Below, piece after piece: positions 47,502 to 60,726 of a DNA stretch of 64,000 nucleotides (position 1 is the stretch's first letter; each line of letters starts with the position of its first letter). This stretch comes from Saccostrea echinata (Eukaryota). The notes under the pieces were generated by a model. That model was not told where the DNA came from. It did no database searches and saw nothing but the letters and a program-made list of their open reading frames with translations. The position numbers and the translations under genes were made by a program. The DNA lies in assembly GCF_033153115.1 (NCBI RefSeq), contig NW_026889806.1:4464001-4528000 (forward strand), given 5' to 3'.

Positions 47502-49961
47502 CTTGATGTAATCTATAAATATTTCAAGTTCTGAATGAAATGCCTCAATCTTGAAAGAGTAGGAAAAGAATGTTCGAAGATTTTTTTTACACATATATAC
47601 TGTATCAAGAAAGGAGAACATGGGTGAATAGGCCGAGAAAAAGGATAACACGCATGGTTTGACAAAATTAATAAAAATGTGAAAAATTTAAATTCCACCT
47701 TGATCCATTTTATTGAAATGAAGAATATGTATCTTTCTTGTACATTTGAAATGCATAGAAAAACAGAGTGCTCATTATATATGAAAAGTACAGATTAAGG
47801 ATAAAATATTCATATTTTTCATGAAAAGTCCAGTTATTCGGAAGTCATATCACTAGAAGGATTTATATGTCAACACTTCTGATGAACTGCGTGGCTAAGT
47901 GGTTAGAGAAGTGACGGTTTTTCATCGCTCGGAAATAAAAATATTGGGTTTTTTTTCTAAAGCAGGAATTTTGCAAACAAAATCTTTCCGCAGAAAAGTA
48001 TTGCTTTGCTGAAATCTGTACTTTTATTATGACAAATCATATTATACAATAATCAAAGCTATGGACATTAATGATGCCTTACTTCCCCACGTTCTTCTTC
48101 CTTATGTGTCTAAAAAAGATTTTCTCCCTTACCTTTAATAGAAAAACCTTTTTCAAGCGGGCTTGGTTAACTTTTTAAAACAACATCGAACCTTCTGTTA
48201 CATTTTATAAATGTGAAAAATCACACGTATGACCAGTGCACGCATCGTTCAAATTCTCAAATTACTAAGCTTTAGTCCATTTGCTTCACGCCATCAATAT
48301 ATGAGTAAGAGTGATTTGACCTTAGATCTAAAATATAAAATCCACAGCGAATCATTCAATTTGTAATCCAGTCAAACATGCTTAACATTTTATTAAGCCA
48401 AGATTATTTATTTGCATGCATTTTCTCAGTTGATTGAGCGAAGGTGATTACAGATTATTTGTTTTTCGTTATCTATTAATTTTTCCCCTAGGGTGGTGGC
48501 GACTGCTGGTACATGTATATATGTTGAAAATGAAATAGATCAACTCAATATTTAACCCTTTAGGGCTTAAACACCATAATTTTCTTAAAGTGACAGAACG
48601 GCGCATCTCATCAAAAAACTGACTAGATAAAATTTTCCGACAAGATTTGGAATTTTTTACTACTCATAAATGTATAAACTTTCAGAAAATTACAACTTTT
48701 ACAATTAAATAATTTGGATTATTTCATTAAAATTAATAGTTATTTATGGGACGTAAATATATACATCGCAACGTGTTCGGGGTTCCACATTCCATGCTAT
48801 GCACGCATGCGTATATAGTTTTCATAAACAAAACAGCATGGTTAGAGAGGGAATCCCGGTAGGCCTGCTACATTGACAAAGTCGACCAAAAAGAAAAAGA
48901 AACTGAAAATAGAACTTGAAAAAGCAACTTTCCTGACTAAAATTTAGTTTGGGGATTAATAAAATCGCTGGATAAGGAAGAAACGGAACTCGGCGACACT
49001 CACGCAGGGCTCTCGAAGGTTTCGACAGGTTTGTTGATACTTGTTATCATTTCTCATTTTTCCGTCGCTTTCAAAGAAAAAAAATAGTGTAAACTCAACA
49101 TAAAAAATACATCTTTGACTTATAAACATTGTTGCCATTTGAAATGCTAATTTTTTTTAACTGTGCAGAAAAATATTTTGTTTGACATTTGCCGATAACG
49201 TATGATTAGTTGGTTTTTCCTTTCTCGGACCCCAGTACACAAAACGTAAACATTTGTACTTTTAATTCTGTTAAATTCGCCTGAATGCAGACTAAAATCT
49301 TTGCGATTATTATTTTAGATTATTTTATCAGAAAGTTATGATAATTTGTGTTTTTGAAAATTGCTTTCACCCAATATTCATTATAACTGTAAACTCTACA
49401 GTGTAGGCACGTGACGTTTTAGAATTCACGTGGTACAAATAAACAGATCTAAGATTGCTCCAGTTCGTACGACCCTTGATTTTCCGGCAGATTCTAATTA
49501 CGTTAATTTTGTTTGAGTAGAGAATATTTCTGTTTCTCAAACTGCTTACATCAACTTTATACCTTATTTCTTAATGACATATTGGGTAAATTTGAATGAA
49601 AAAGCACACATTTTGCAGCCGCTTTAAGGAAAATGTTCCGAAAAAGTTATCATGTGTGAAAATAGGGTCAGAAGGTAAAGTACAACGGATAGACTAGGAC
49701 TAAACCCTGAAGAATAGCAGGAAATAGAATAAATAAAATGATTCTCAAAACAAAATTGTATTATAAACGTTCACAATGATTAGCATTTGTGTAAAAAATG
49801 TGTTGATTCAACCTTTTGAAAAAAAATTCACAATATATTCCTACAGAAATTTGAAAATTACAGTGACAAATATGTTCTTCCAATATAACTAGAGAAACTA
49901 TAATCGAGCTCATGCTCCTAACATCTGTAGTTACCTTAAATAACTTTCAATAAAGTACATG

Positions 49962-50474
49962 TAGCTGCAGAGTTGTAGCTCTCCGAAAAAAAAAAAATAT
50001 TGACAGACCGAAGAACCACAGTGCCATCGGTACCACAGAAAAAAAAACTGCATATTTATTGCGCATAAAAAGTTGGGCTTGGTTCTGTATTTATTTCTCC
50101 AAATTCTTAACTCAACTGCACAAAAGCTCGATTAAAAAAAAAAATCCTTAGAACCTCTATCAATAACTATCTGTACGAATCGCGTTGGACCGAAGTGTCT
50201 TGCCATCCAAAATGGCAGTTTAAATAGGCGAAATTTTGGGTGGCCCAGGAGGATATGGGAAATGTTACAATGTGAAAATACATGTAGTAGAAGAATATGT
50301 TAGGAACACATGGTAAGTATTTTGAGATGGTAGTTTAAATAAACGGGGACACAGATAGAGACAGAACACTCTTTTGTGCGCAATAAATATACACTTTTTT
50401 TTCAATAGGTGGCACTGTAGCTCTCTGGTCTTCTATCCCTTTTCCAGACTAGCCAACTAGAGATCTGCAGCTAC
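49962..50474. mobile_element. MITE with GTAGCTGCAGA termini
   Basis: GTAGCTGCAGA / TCTGCAGCTAC plus further internal inverted similarity (CACAGTGCCA / TGGCACTGT). Confidence 0.55.
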
Positions 50475-50914
50475 CAATAAAGTTCCAGACACATCGTCTA
50501 GCTTACACATATAAGAAACTTTATGGAAGTACATGTAGGTATTACTAAACCTTTGCAACAAAATCAAAAACAAAAAACAAAAAAAGACACAAAACAAAAC
50601 AAAACAAAATTATTATTCAGATGAACATGTGAAGTTTCTTCGTGACAAACTTTGTCCGAGATGACGGACCGGCAAGTAGTAAAAATACTCAACTGTGCTG
50701 TCACAGTTCTTATTTTTTATTTATTTTTGTTTGCCTTTTTTTTTTTGTGTAATTATACGGAGTGAAATATGTGTATTATTCAGATATCAGAAAGAGTTAT
50801 CCTTCTTTGTAAATTTTTGAATTATCTTCCTTATCTTCCTTTTGTATCAGGAGTTATCTCCCTCATTTTCTCGTGCAAGTTTTCATTCAGTCTGCCATTA
50901 GAGTTCCATCCGTG

Positions 50915-51474
50915 TAGTCCGAAATATCTGACGTTTTCCAGGCTTTTTTCACGATTTTGATATTTTACATGCCAGGAAAACGTCAGAACCGGCGCCATTA
51001 CAAAAACTGGAAATTTGCCGCCTCCAACTGGAGGCGGCATTCTCGGATTGATTTTCGATACTTGCTAACCGAATTATAAATGCTGAATTCACAACTTATC
51101 AGTAGTACAATGCCTTTAGTACTCACCAACATCGTTTATATGGGTTTGTTTATGAAATATACAATCTGTTGAAAACATTTTATCAGAGGGTCGAGTTTTC
51201 TTTTCATTTCGTGCATTTTAAATTCTTGCAAGACCAAATCGAAATGTGGAGTGATATTTTCTTTTCATCGATATTGGTGAGTACTAGAAGCATTGTGGTA
51301 CTGATAAATAGTAAGTTCGGCATTTAATTCCGTTCGCAAGTATCGAAAATCAGCTCCGGTTGGAGACGGTGAAATTTCCAGTTTTCGTAATGGCGCCGGT
51401 TCTGACGTTTTCCTGGCACGTAAAATATCAAAATTGGGAAAAAAGCCTGGAAAACGTCAGATATTTCGGAACTA
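50915..51474. mobile_element. 560-bp fold-back DNA transposon with 9-bp TSD in BEL 5' LTR
   Basis: TAGT(T)CCGAAATATCTGACGTTTTCCAGGC long TIRs. TSD CCATCCGTG at 50906-50914 and 51475-51483. The empty site is visible in the 3' LTR. Confidence 0.9.
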
Positions 51475-52058
51475 CCATCCGTGATGATGTACATGTAACA
51501 TTCTTCATACCTTCTTACGATATGTGGCCTATTACCATGTAAGTTTTTATAGGAAACTTTTGTAACTTCATACCTATTATTTGTAAAGTTTTTTTGGTGA
51601 TTATTTATAGAGTTTTTGTGTATTGAAAACTTATTCAGACCGGTATATTTTTGTAAAGTTTAAAGTCACTGAAGTCACGAGAATTAGTTATTGTTATTCA
51701 ATTTATCTAGTATGCTTTATAGTAATTTAATTTGTTATTATGATAAGGTTTATAAGTGAGCTTTTTTCTATGGAACACTGTTATTGTCTTTTTGGTATAT
51801 AAGTATTACAGTATTTGATTTTGTTTATTTCAGTTATTTACCTCATTCGCTCACTCGCTCGTGTAGACTCATTCGCTTACTCGCTCACTTAGGCTCACTC
51901 ACATAGGCTCACTTTGTCTCACTCACCTAGGCTCATTCGCTCATTCACTCATTGGAATGTGAATTTGCTTGCTAATAAATATGGAACCAGTTTACCATGT
52001 GTTCTTCAATGATCAAGTGTGAGGTTTAGCTAGCTGTTCCAGACAGCATAGTAAATAA

Positions 52059-55000
52059 ATGTCAACTGGCCAGAACCAAACCCAGAATTTGAGGATGAGT
52101 GATCATCATCAAGAAGAAGAAGACGAACACCAGGCCTCTGCCAGGCCGAAACGTCACAGGGATCTAACTGAGAAAGGTCAAGAACTCCTAGACAAACAGA
52201 TTAACACTTACTCAGCTCGTTTACAAAAGTTATGGAAAAATGTTGACACTATCATAGAGGAAGTAGACCACACATCTTCTAAAAATCCAGAACTCATCAT
52301 ACATTTGAAATCACAATTAGAAACAAGAATAGATGCATTCAACGTACTCTTCAGTGAATTCTGTGGTTTTCTGGAAATACATCGAACTGAAAAATGTGTA
52401 CATGAACTTCAAAACCTCAAGTTTTCAAAGAAAGGATATTCTATCTTATTTGATACTGCTTTCAGAAAACTGAATGCATTGTACCAACAGTCACCACAGC
52501 TTCATGAACAGAAACCACCTCAGGAAGAAGATGTCCATTCAAATAGGTCAACAAAGAGATCGTCAACAAAGAAAATGCCTCACAAACTTCTTCAATTAGC
52601 AGTAAACAAAGTTCATTGTCTGAAAAGAGAAAGAAAGCAGAAATTGCCCGTGTCAAATTAAAATATACCGAACTTGAAATGAAAATTAAAAAGGAACAAT
52701 CTCTTCTAGCATTAGAAAGAGCTAAGTCTCAGAAAATGACAGACGATTTAGAAGCAGATCTACAATTACTATCTGTTAAAAAGGAAGTCGCGGTCGCTGA
52801 AGCAGAAATTCTCAGTGAAGAGGAAGGAAGTCAGTGTGGTCATAGTGATACATGTATTAAACATTTAGAGAGTGTTGACAGTAAAGAACGTACAAAATCA
52901 TATGTAGAGCAACATGCTCAAATCAGAGCTCAAAATAAAAACATTTGAGTAGAACCTGAAACTATTATGAGAGACTTACAAGTGACACCAGAAGAGGAAA
53001 TTGACTTTCTTATCAAATTCACTAGTCTATCAGCACAACAACAGATTATCAGCATTAAAGCAGCAAGTGCGAGCAATCCTGTGCATGGACTTCAGAGAAT
53101 TTGGCAAAGATTAGAGGAGAGATTTGGTTGTCCTGAAATGATAGAATCTGCTTTAAAAACGAAACTGAACGCATTTGCTCCTATTACATTGAAAGACTAT
53201 CGTCGTCTATATGACTTGTCTGATATTTTGGATGAAATCCTAGCAGCAAAAGAAGATATCCGTTACCAATCATTACTTGCATACTTTGATGCGTCGACAG
53301 GAGTGAAAACCTATCGTCATGAAGCTTCCATACCAACTTCAAGAAAAATGGACGAATACAGCAGTGAAATACATAAGTGAACATCATGTTGTGTTTCCCC
53401 CATTTCATGTATTTGCAAACTTTATTCGTGAGCAAAGCCGTATCAAGAACAATCCCAGTTTTGCTTATACAGAGTGAAACTTGCATATCCAGAAACACAG
53501 TGACAAAACTCTGAAGATTTCAAGCAGGAAAACAGCTGTGTCTCGGCAACCACAGATTCTTCGTAACTCAGGAAAAGAAAACCAGTGTCCCCTTCATAAG
53601 ACAAACCGTTCCTTGGAACAGTGCAGAGCTTTCAGAACAAAACCATTTGATGAACGGAGGAAGATCTTGAAAGATAACAATTTGTGTTTTAGATGTTGTT
53701 CGAGAGATCATAAACAAGCAGAGTGTCATTCTGATGTGCAGTGTGGAGAATGTGGAAGCAAATTTCACACATCACCATTACACGTGAACAGGACAAAAGT
53801 TCAGACTTCATACCCTTGGAGAAACTATGGCGGGGAGAATTTCACTGAGAGACAAGTTTTAGATTCTGAAAATGTGAACATCCCAGCTGTGAATTCTAAG
53901 TGTACACAAATATGTGGACAAACATTTGGTGGAAAATCTTGTGCTAAAACCATTCTGGTGCATGTGTACCCAAAACACTGTCCGCAAAAATCTGTGAAAA
54001 TTTATGCAGTGATTGATGACCAGTCAAACAGAACACTTGCTAAACCAGAACTCTTTGATCTTATGGACACTCATGGAACTATGACAAATTACCTGTTAAC
54101 ATCTTGTTCAGGAAAAGTTCAAAGGTCAGGACGTAAAGTTCATGGATTAGTTGTTGAGTCATTAGATGGACAAAACTGTATAGATATACCTACAATTATT
54201 GAGTATGATGAAATTCCTACACCAGATGTAGCCCTACATTATGAACATTTGCTTGACATTGCTGATCACATACCACTAGTTGATCCTAATGCAGAAATCC
54301 TGTTACTGATAGGAAGGGACATAACCAAAGCACATCACGTTTTAGACCAACGCATTGGATTGGGAAATCAACCCTGTGCCCAAAAATTGTCCCTTGGTTG
54401 GACTATCATTGGTGAGACTTGTTTGGGAAAAACCCATAAACCAGATGTCATTAATGTCATGAAAACTTGTGTTCTACCTGATGGCCGTCCAACTCTGATG
54501 CTACCTTGCAACAGTAACTTACAGGTCAAGGAAAAAATCCTCAATGAAACCTCAACAAACATCATTTGTACAAAGACTGAAATTGGTGAAAGTGTTTTTC
54601 AGAGGACAGAGAATGATGAAAAGTTAGGACTTTCTATGGATGATCATGAGTTCTTAGACATCATGAATTCAGAATTTACAAAAGATCTTGATGGACATTG
54701 GCAAGCTCCACTTCCTTTTCGTAAGGACCGTCAAAGACTAGTAAACAACTATGAACAAGCTGGGAAGAGAACAAAACAGTTAGATAACACTTTGCAGAAG
54801 GATCCTACAAAGAAAGAACATTTCGTGGAATTTATGGATGCATTGTTCAAGAATCATCATGCAGAAATAGCACCGCCTCTACAGAGTGGAGAAGAGTGTT
54901 GGTACTTACCATTGTTTGGAGTTTACAACCCAAAGAAACCAAACAAAATTCGAGTTGTGTTTGATTCTTCAGCAAAATTCGAAGGAAAGTCGCTTAACGA

Positions 55001-57942
55001 CATACTACTTACCGGACCGGACTTGACAAACAGTCTTCTGGGTGTTTTAGTACGGTTCCGCAGAGAGAAAGTCGCATTAATTGGAGATATTGAACAGATG
55101 TTTTATTGTTTTAAAGTCTGTGAACCTCATCGAAATTTCTTGCATTTTCTATGGCATGAAGACAACAATCCTGAAAAGAAACTGATCGAAAACCGTATGA
55201 CTGTTCACGTCTTCGGAAACAGTCCCTCGCCAGCCATCGCAACCTACGGATTACGCAAGACTGTTAAGGAAGTAGAAGATATGTTTGGGACGGTGTAACT
55301 CAGTATGTAGAACGTGATTTTTATGTGGATGATGGATTAACATCACAACCTACCGTAGAAAAAGCTGTGGACCTAATGAAAAGAACACAGAAAGCTTTGA
55401 GTTATAGGAAATTACATCTTCACAAAATAGCTTCAAACAACCAGGAAGTTATGAACGCTTTTCCACCTAGTGATCTGTCAAGTGAAATGAAAGACTTGGA
55501 TTTATCAAAAGACAATCTACCAACACAGCGCAGTCTAGGACTAAACTGGGACTTGCAATCAGATTCCTTTTTCTTTAAAATTTCAAATGACGTCAAACCA
55601 TTCACAAGAAGAGGTGTATTATCAACAATAAATAGTATATTTGACCCCCTAGGATTTCTCGCCCCAATTATCATGCAAGGCAAGTCACTTATGAGGAATC
55701 TTCTTCAAGAAACAGTCAACTGGGATGAACCTTTACCAGAAAATCAGTCTATTCAGTGGGAAAAATGGAGAAATTCCTTACAACATCTCCAAAATCTACA
55801 CATCCCAAGAGTTTACATAGAACTGACTCAGTCATGGAGTGAGACAATGAACAAAACAATTCACATTTTTTGTGATGCTTCAGAATCGGCAATATCAGCA
55901 GTGGCCTATGTAGAATCACAAGGAAACTTTGGATTTATCCTCGGCAAATCAAAACTTGCGCCCTTACAAGGACATTCGATACCACGTTTAGAACTTTGTG
56001 GCGCTGTGTTAGCGGTGGAAATTGCTAAGTGTGTATCAGAACAGCTGGAATTACCGATTGAACATTTTAAGTTTTACTGTGATAGTAAAGTAGTGTTGGG
56101 ATATATTTTCCACAATTCAAAGAGATTCTATCAGTATGTGGCAAACAGAGTGATGCAAATTCGAAAAGTGACCAAACCAGATCAGTGGTCGTACATATCA
56201 ACAGACAAAAATCCAGCTGATCAAGCAACGAGACAGATTCCAGCTCAAGCTCTACAAAACAGTACTTGGCTTTTAGGACCATCACCTGCACACTTACAAC
56301 AGATTCAGCACCCATGCATATCTTATGAGATGGTGGACCCAGATTCAGACAGGGACGTCAGACAAGAAATCACTTGTTTAAAGATTGACATCTCTAGACT
56401 CGGACTGAAATCGGAAAGATTCTCACGTTTTTCACAATGGAGGAAACTTGTTGAAACTATTGCCAGACTTCAACATATAGCACATTCCTTTCAACAAGGA
56501 GACAGTAAATGCTCTGGGTGGCATGTGTGTGAAGATTCAAGAACTGTGGAAAATTTCAACAAAGCTGAGAAACTTATCATCAAAATTGTGCAGAAAGAAG
56601 TGTATTTAGAAGAAATCCAGTGCATATTGAAAGAAAAACCTCTACCTAGAGATAGTAACATTTTACCTCTTTCACCATTCTTGGATAAAGATGGAATACT
56701 GAGAGTCGGTGGACGTCTCAACAAAAGTTCTTTACCAATCAACGAGAAAAATCCAGTGATAATACCCAGAAACCATCATATAGCGTTGTTGATTGTTCGT
56801 TACTATCATGAACTCTGTAAACATCAAGGTCGCCACTTAACAGCAGGAGCGATTCGTAGTGCTGGATTCTGGATAATAGGAGCCAGAAAATTAGTTTCAT
56901 CCATACTTCAAAACTGTGTCAAATACAGAAAATTACGTGGAAAGCTATTGTGTCAAAAAATGTCGGACCTTCCTGCAGATCGTTTGGAGCCTAGTCCACC
57001 ATTCACTTACATTGGCCTAGATACGTTTGGACCATGGGAGGTAGTTACTCGTCGGACGCGTGGAGGATCTGCAAACTCAAAAAGATGGGCAATCTTATTT
57101 ACCTGCCTTACAACGAGAGGAATTCACATTGAAGTTGTGGAGGAGTTGAGCTCTTCATCATTTATCAATGCCTTTAAGCGGTTTGAAGCCATTCGAGAAA
57201 AAGTTACCCAAATTCGTTCAGATCAAGGAACCAATTTCGTGGGTGCTATAAATGATCTGAAAATCGATTCAGCTGGACTCAACTTAGAAGACGGTAAATT
57301 CAAAAACTTCCTTTATGATTGTGGAACTACTTGGAAGTTTAATCCACCCCACTCTTCGCATATGGGTGGCGCATGGGAACGCCTCATTGGAGTAGTAAGA
57401 CATGTGATTGATGCAGTTATGTTGGAGATACCAGATAGATCACTAACTCATGAGATACTGACGACATTTATGGCAGAAGTTTCAGCAATCGTAAATGCCA
57501 GACCATTAGTCCCCTTATCGGAAGATGCAGATGAACCGTACCCTCTGAGCCCTTCCAAGAATCTTTACCCAGAAAACCCCTGTGATCGTCGACCTTCCTG
57601 TTGACAAGATGAACATGTATCAAGCTCAATGGAAATGCGTACAGCATATGGCAGATTTATTCTGGACGCGCTGGAGAAAAGAGTATCTTCATACTTTACA
57701 GATTCGTCGCAAGTGGACACGTACTGAAAGAAACATTACACAAGGTGATATTGTGTTACTTCGCGATAAAGATGTTCATCGTAACCTTTGGCCTATGGGT
57801 GTCATTGTGAAAGTGTTTCCCAGTTATGACGGGAAGTTCGTAAAGCTGAAATTCGTGTCGTGAAACGCGGTTGCCAGTCGTCAATATTCATTGTCCAGTT
57901 ACAGAGATGGTGTTGCTACTATCCAATGACATTGATGTATAG
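52059..57942 (+). pseudogene. BEL/Pao gag-pol (zinc knuckles, protease, RT, RNase H, integrase) broken by frameshifts and deletion
   Basis: Three Cys/His knuckles, IDDQSN, RVVFDSSA, GDIEQMF, FGNSPSP, FYVDDG, FCDASE, IPRLELCGA, NPAD, GLDTFGP, SDQGTNF, GGAWERLI and FWTRWRKEYL, spread over several frames. Confidence 0.9.
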
Positions 57943-58500
57943 CTTGTAATTGTATATGTGATGTTAGAAACATCAGACGGGGAGTGTGCTGTCACAGTTC
58001 TTATTTTTCATTTATTTTTTTTGCCTTTTTTTGTGTAATTATACGGAGTGAAATATGTGTATTATGTATTATTCAGATATCAGAAAGAGTTATCCTTCTT
58101 TGTAAATTTTTGAATTATCTTCCTTGAGTGGAAATCTTTTGTATCAGGAGTTATCTCCCTCATTTTCTCGTGCAAGTTTTCATTCAGTCTGCCATTAGAG
58201 TTCCATCCGTGATGATGTACATGTAACATTCTTCATACCTTCTTACGATATGTGGCCTATTACCATGTAAGTTTTTATAGGAAACTTTTGTAACTTCATA
58301 CCTTGTATTTGTAAGGTTGTTTGGTAATTTATTTATAGAGTTTTTGTGTATTGAAAACTTATTCAGACCGGTATATTTTTGTAAAGTTTAAAGTCATTCG
58401 CTTACTCGCTCACTTAGGCTCACTCACATAGGCTCACTTTGTCTCACTCACCTAGGCTCATTCGCTCATTCACTCATTGGAATATGAATTTGCTTGCTAA

Positions 58501-59723
58501 AACCCCTGTCACACCGGGACTGTGTCCTCACGGCGATCGCACGGCGTCCATAAAAAATGCAAAACGCCGAGGTGAGCGCAGTAGAGTCTCCTACAGCGCC
58601 GTGACAACGCGGGGAGATCTCCACTGAACACGGTAGGGTCGCGTAGGGTCTCCCAGAACGCCAGGGGACGGCGCACTTTGGGCATGCACAAAGTACGCGC
58701 CGTGTGATCGCCGTCTGATAAGAACGCAGTAGAAACGTAGTATGATCGCCGTAGCAGCGCGGTGAGATCTCCAACAACGCAGTGGGAGCTCCGTACGCAC
58801 GCCGTGAAGACGCACATGATCGCAGCATGAACGCAGTGATAGTAGACCTCGCGGATTCCTTGGAGATGTCACGGCGTTTCTAGCACGCTTTTACGGCGCT
58901 TCTAATGAGATTAATTGTCTTGTGATTTTTTTGACTGCGATTACACAGCGACAAGGAGTTGTCACTCGGACCATTGCGCTCCCTTGGCGTTTCTACCGGG
59001 TAGGTTGGCGATTACAATGCGCTTTCACGGCGTTGTTAGAGCGTTGTCTGCCAGCTCACAAAACAAGAGCAATGGCCTCATATTTGATCAGCAATAATTC
59101 TAACGTATTTGTTGCACTCCTGGCCAGGAGCATGGGATTGGAGTAGAATTGGGAAGTAAAAATTACACCAGAACCTGTTCTGTTGTTTCAGTGGAGTTGT
59201 GATGGAATTACTTAAATTTTATAACAACTTTTAAGTGTGTTTATTTTTTACATTCATAATAAAATCAAAGTTCAAAACAATTATAAAACTAACAGTAATT
59301 TAGTACTAAATTATTCAAATACATCATTTTTGAAGTCTTTTCGTTATGTGACTCGAATCTTTAATAAAAAAATGTGTTACGCTCCTTCTGAATATATATC
59401 CATAGTGAAGAACGCATCGTGGACGTATTGTGAACGCAGCAAGCGCAGTGAGAACGCCGTGAACGCTAGGTGACAACTCCTAACACGCCGTAAAAGCTCC
59501 GCGGAAGCGCAGTCAATCGCCAAGAGATCTCCGTTGGGAACGCAGTAGCACGCCGCGAGAACGCCATAGAAACGCGTGGGTCGCCGTAGGGACGCCGTGA
59601 CATCTTCACATTGTAAAAATTTTACAGAAATTTGTGCGATTTCCCTGCGATTCCACTGCGATTTTAACATTTTTACAACGCCGTAATGACTCCGTGTGGA
59701 CGCAGCTTGGTGTGACAGGGCCC
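58501..59723. mobile_element. Non-autonomous PIF/Harbinger element in BEL 3' LTR
   Basis: TIR core CCCTGTCACACC / GGTGTGACAGGG. TSD TAA at 58498-58500 and 59724-59726. GC-rich subterminal CGCCGT repeats. The empty site is visible in the 5' LTR. Confidence 0.88.
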
Positions 59724-60640
59724 TAATAAATATGGAACCAGTTTACCATGTGTTCTTCAATGATCAAGTGTGAGGTTTAGCTAGCTGTTCCAGACAGCAT
59801 ATCAACACTTTTTTGTTATTTTCTATTGAAGGACACAAAGGGATTATAATTCATATTAATCGGAAAGCAGTGGAGTAAATTCTTGTATATTTATCTGCAA
59901 TATACTCTAGAGGTTAAAGTTCAATTGAAAATGCCGTACAGGAAGCCTGTGACCACCATTCCTATGACAAATGTAATATTATGAGTAGACCGCCATTTTG
60001 GATCTTCAAAAAGGAATGCATTTGTTTGCTTGTCATCAAATACCAGGTCTTCATGGGGGTCTTTCTTGGATGATTGCCCACAGATTTCCGTTACCCAGCG
60101 CCTCCAGAGAGGACGAGAGTCTGCAGAGGACTCGGAAGCGGCGGGGAGACTTTCATTTGATGCTAAAATGGAAACATTACATAAATTGATTAGTATAAAA
60201 TTTACGAAAAAAAGATCCTCTTATATTTTCAGAACAATCACAATTACAGGCTTCATTTAATTGATTACTTTTCTCGAAATCAGATTTTACTGTTCAGAAT
60301 ACTTTTTACGTTATACCATGAGGGTAATGATAACCTCATTAGAACCTTATTGTAACGCCTTAACGGTCACCAGTATCATTATATTTTTTGAACCAATTAT
60401 ATGGGAGTCTTCTCCCATCATGCTATATTTCAGACTGGTCCTAATGGCAATGATTAATTTTATACAAATTTGATTAACTCTCAATGAGTATATTCCAATT
60501 TTAACTTGAAATTATGTAGGCTTGGTTTTGGGGAGTTTTTGCGATCAGCTTGATTTATAATGCAGTATAAAATATTGTCAACTTCTCAGTAAATACTGCA
60601 TGCATACAAAGTACATGATTTGGAGCAAAGTTATCATGAG

Positions 60641-60643
<3 letters not shown>

Positions 60644-60722
<79 letters not shown>
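60644..60722. repeat. (TA)n microsatellite
   Basis: Pure TA run. Confidence 0.95.

Positions 60723-60726
<4 letters not shown>

Larger units (their letters stand above)
50694..59801 (+). mobile_element. BEL/Pao LTR retrotransposon, decayed, both LTRs interrupted
   Basis: LTRs at 50694-52050 and 57985-59801. TSD TCAAC at 50689-50693 and 59802-59806. PPT AGACGGGGAG lies before the 3' LTR. Confidence 0.93.

Noticed and set aside
48556-49715. piggyBac-like MITE (TTAA-CCCTTTAGGGC start)
   Set aside because: The right terminus is too degenerate to confirm a TIR or TSD.
58439-59670. Cluster of overlapping ORFs
   Set aside because: They come from GC-rich subterminal repeats of the Harbinger-type insert and show no transposase motifs.
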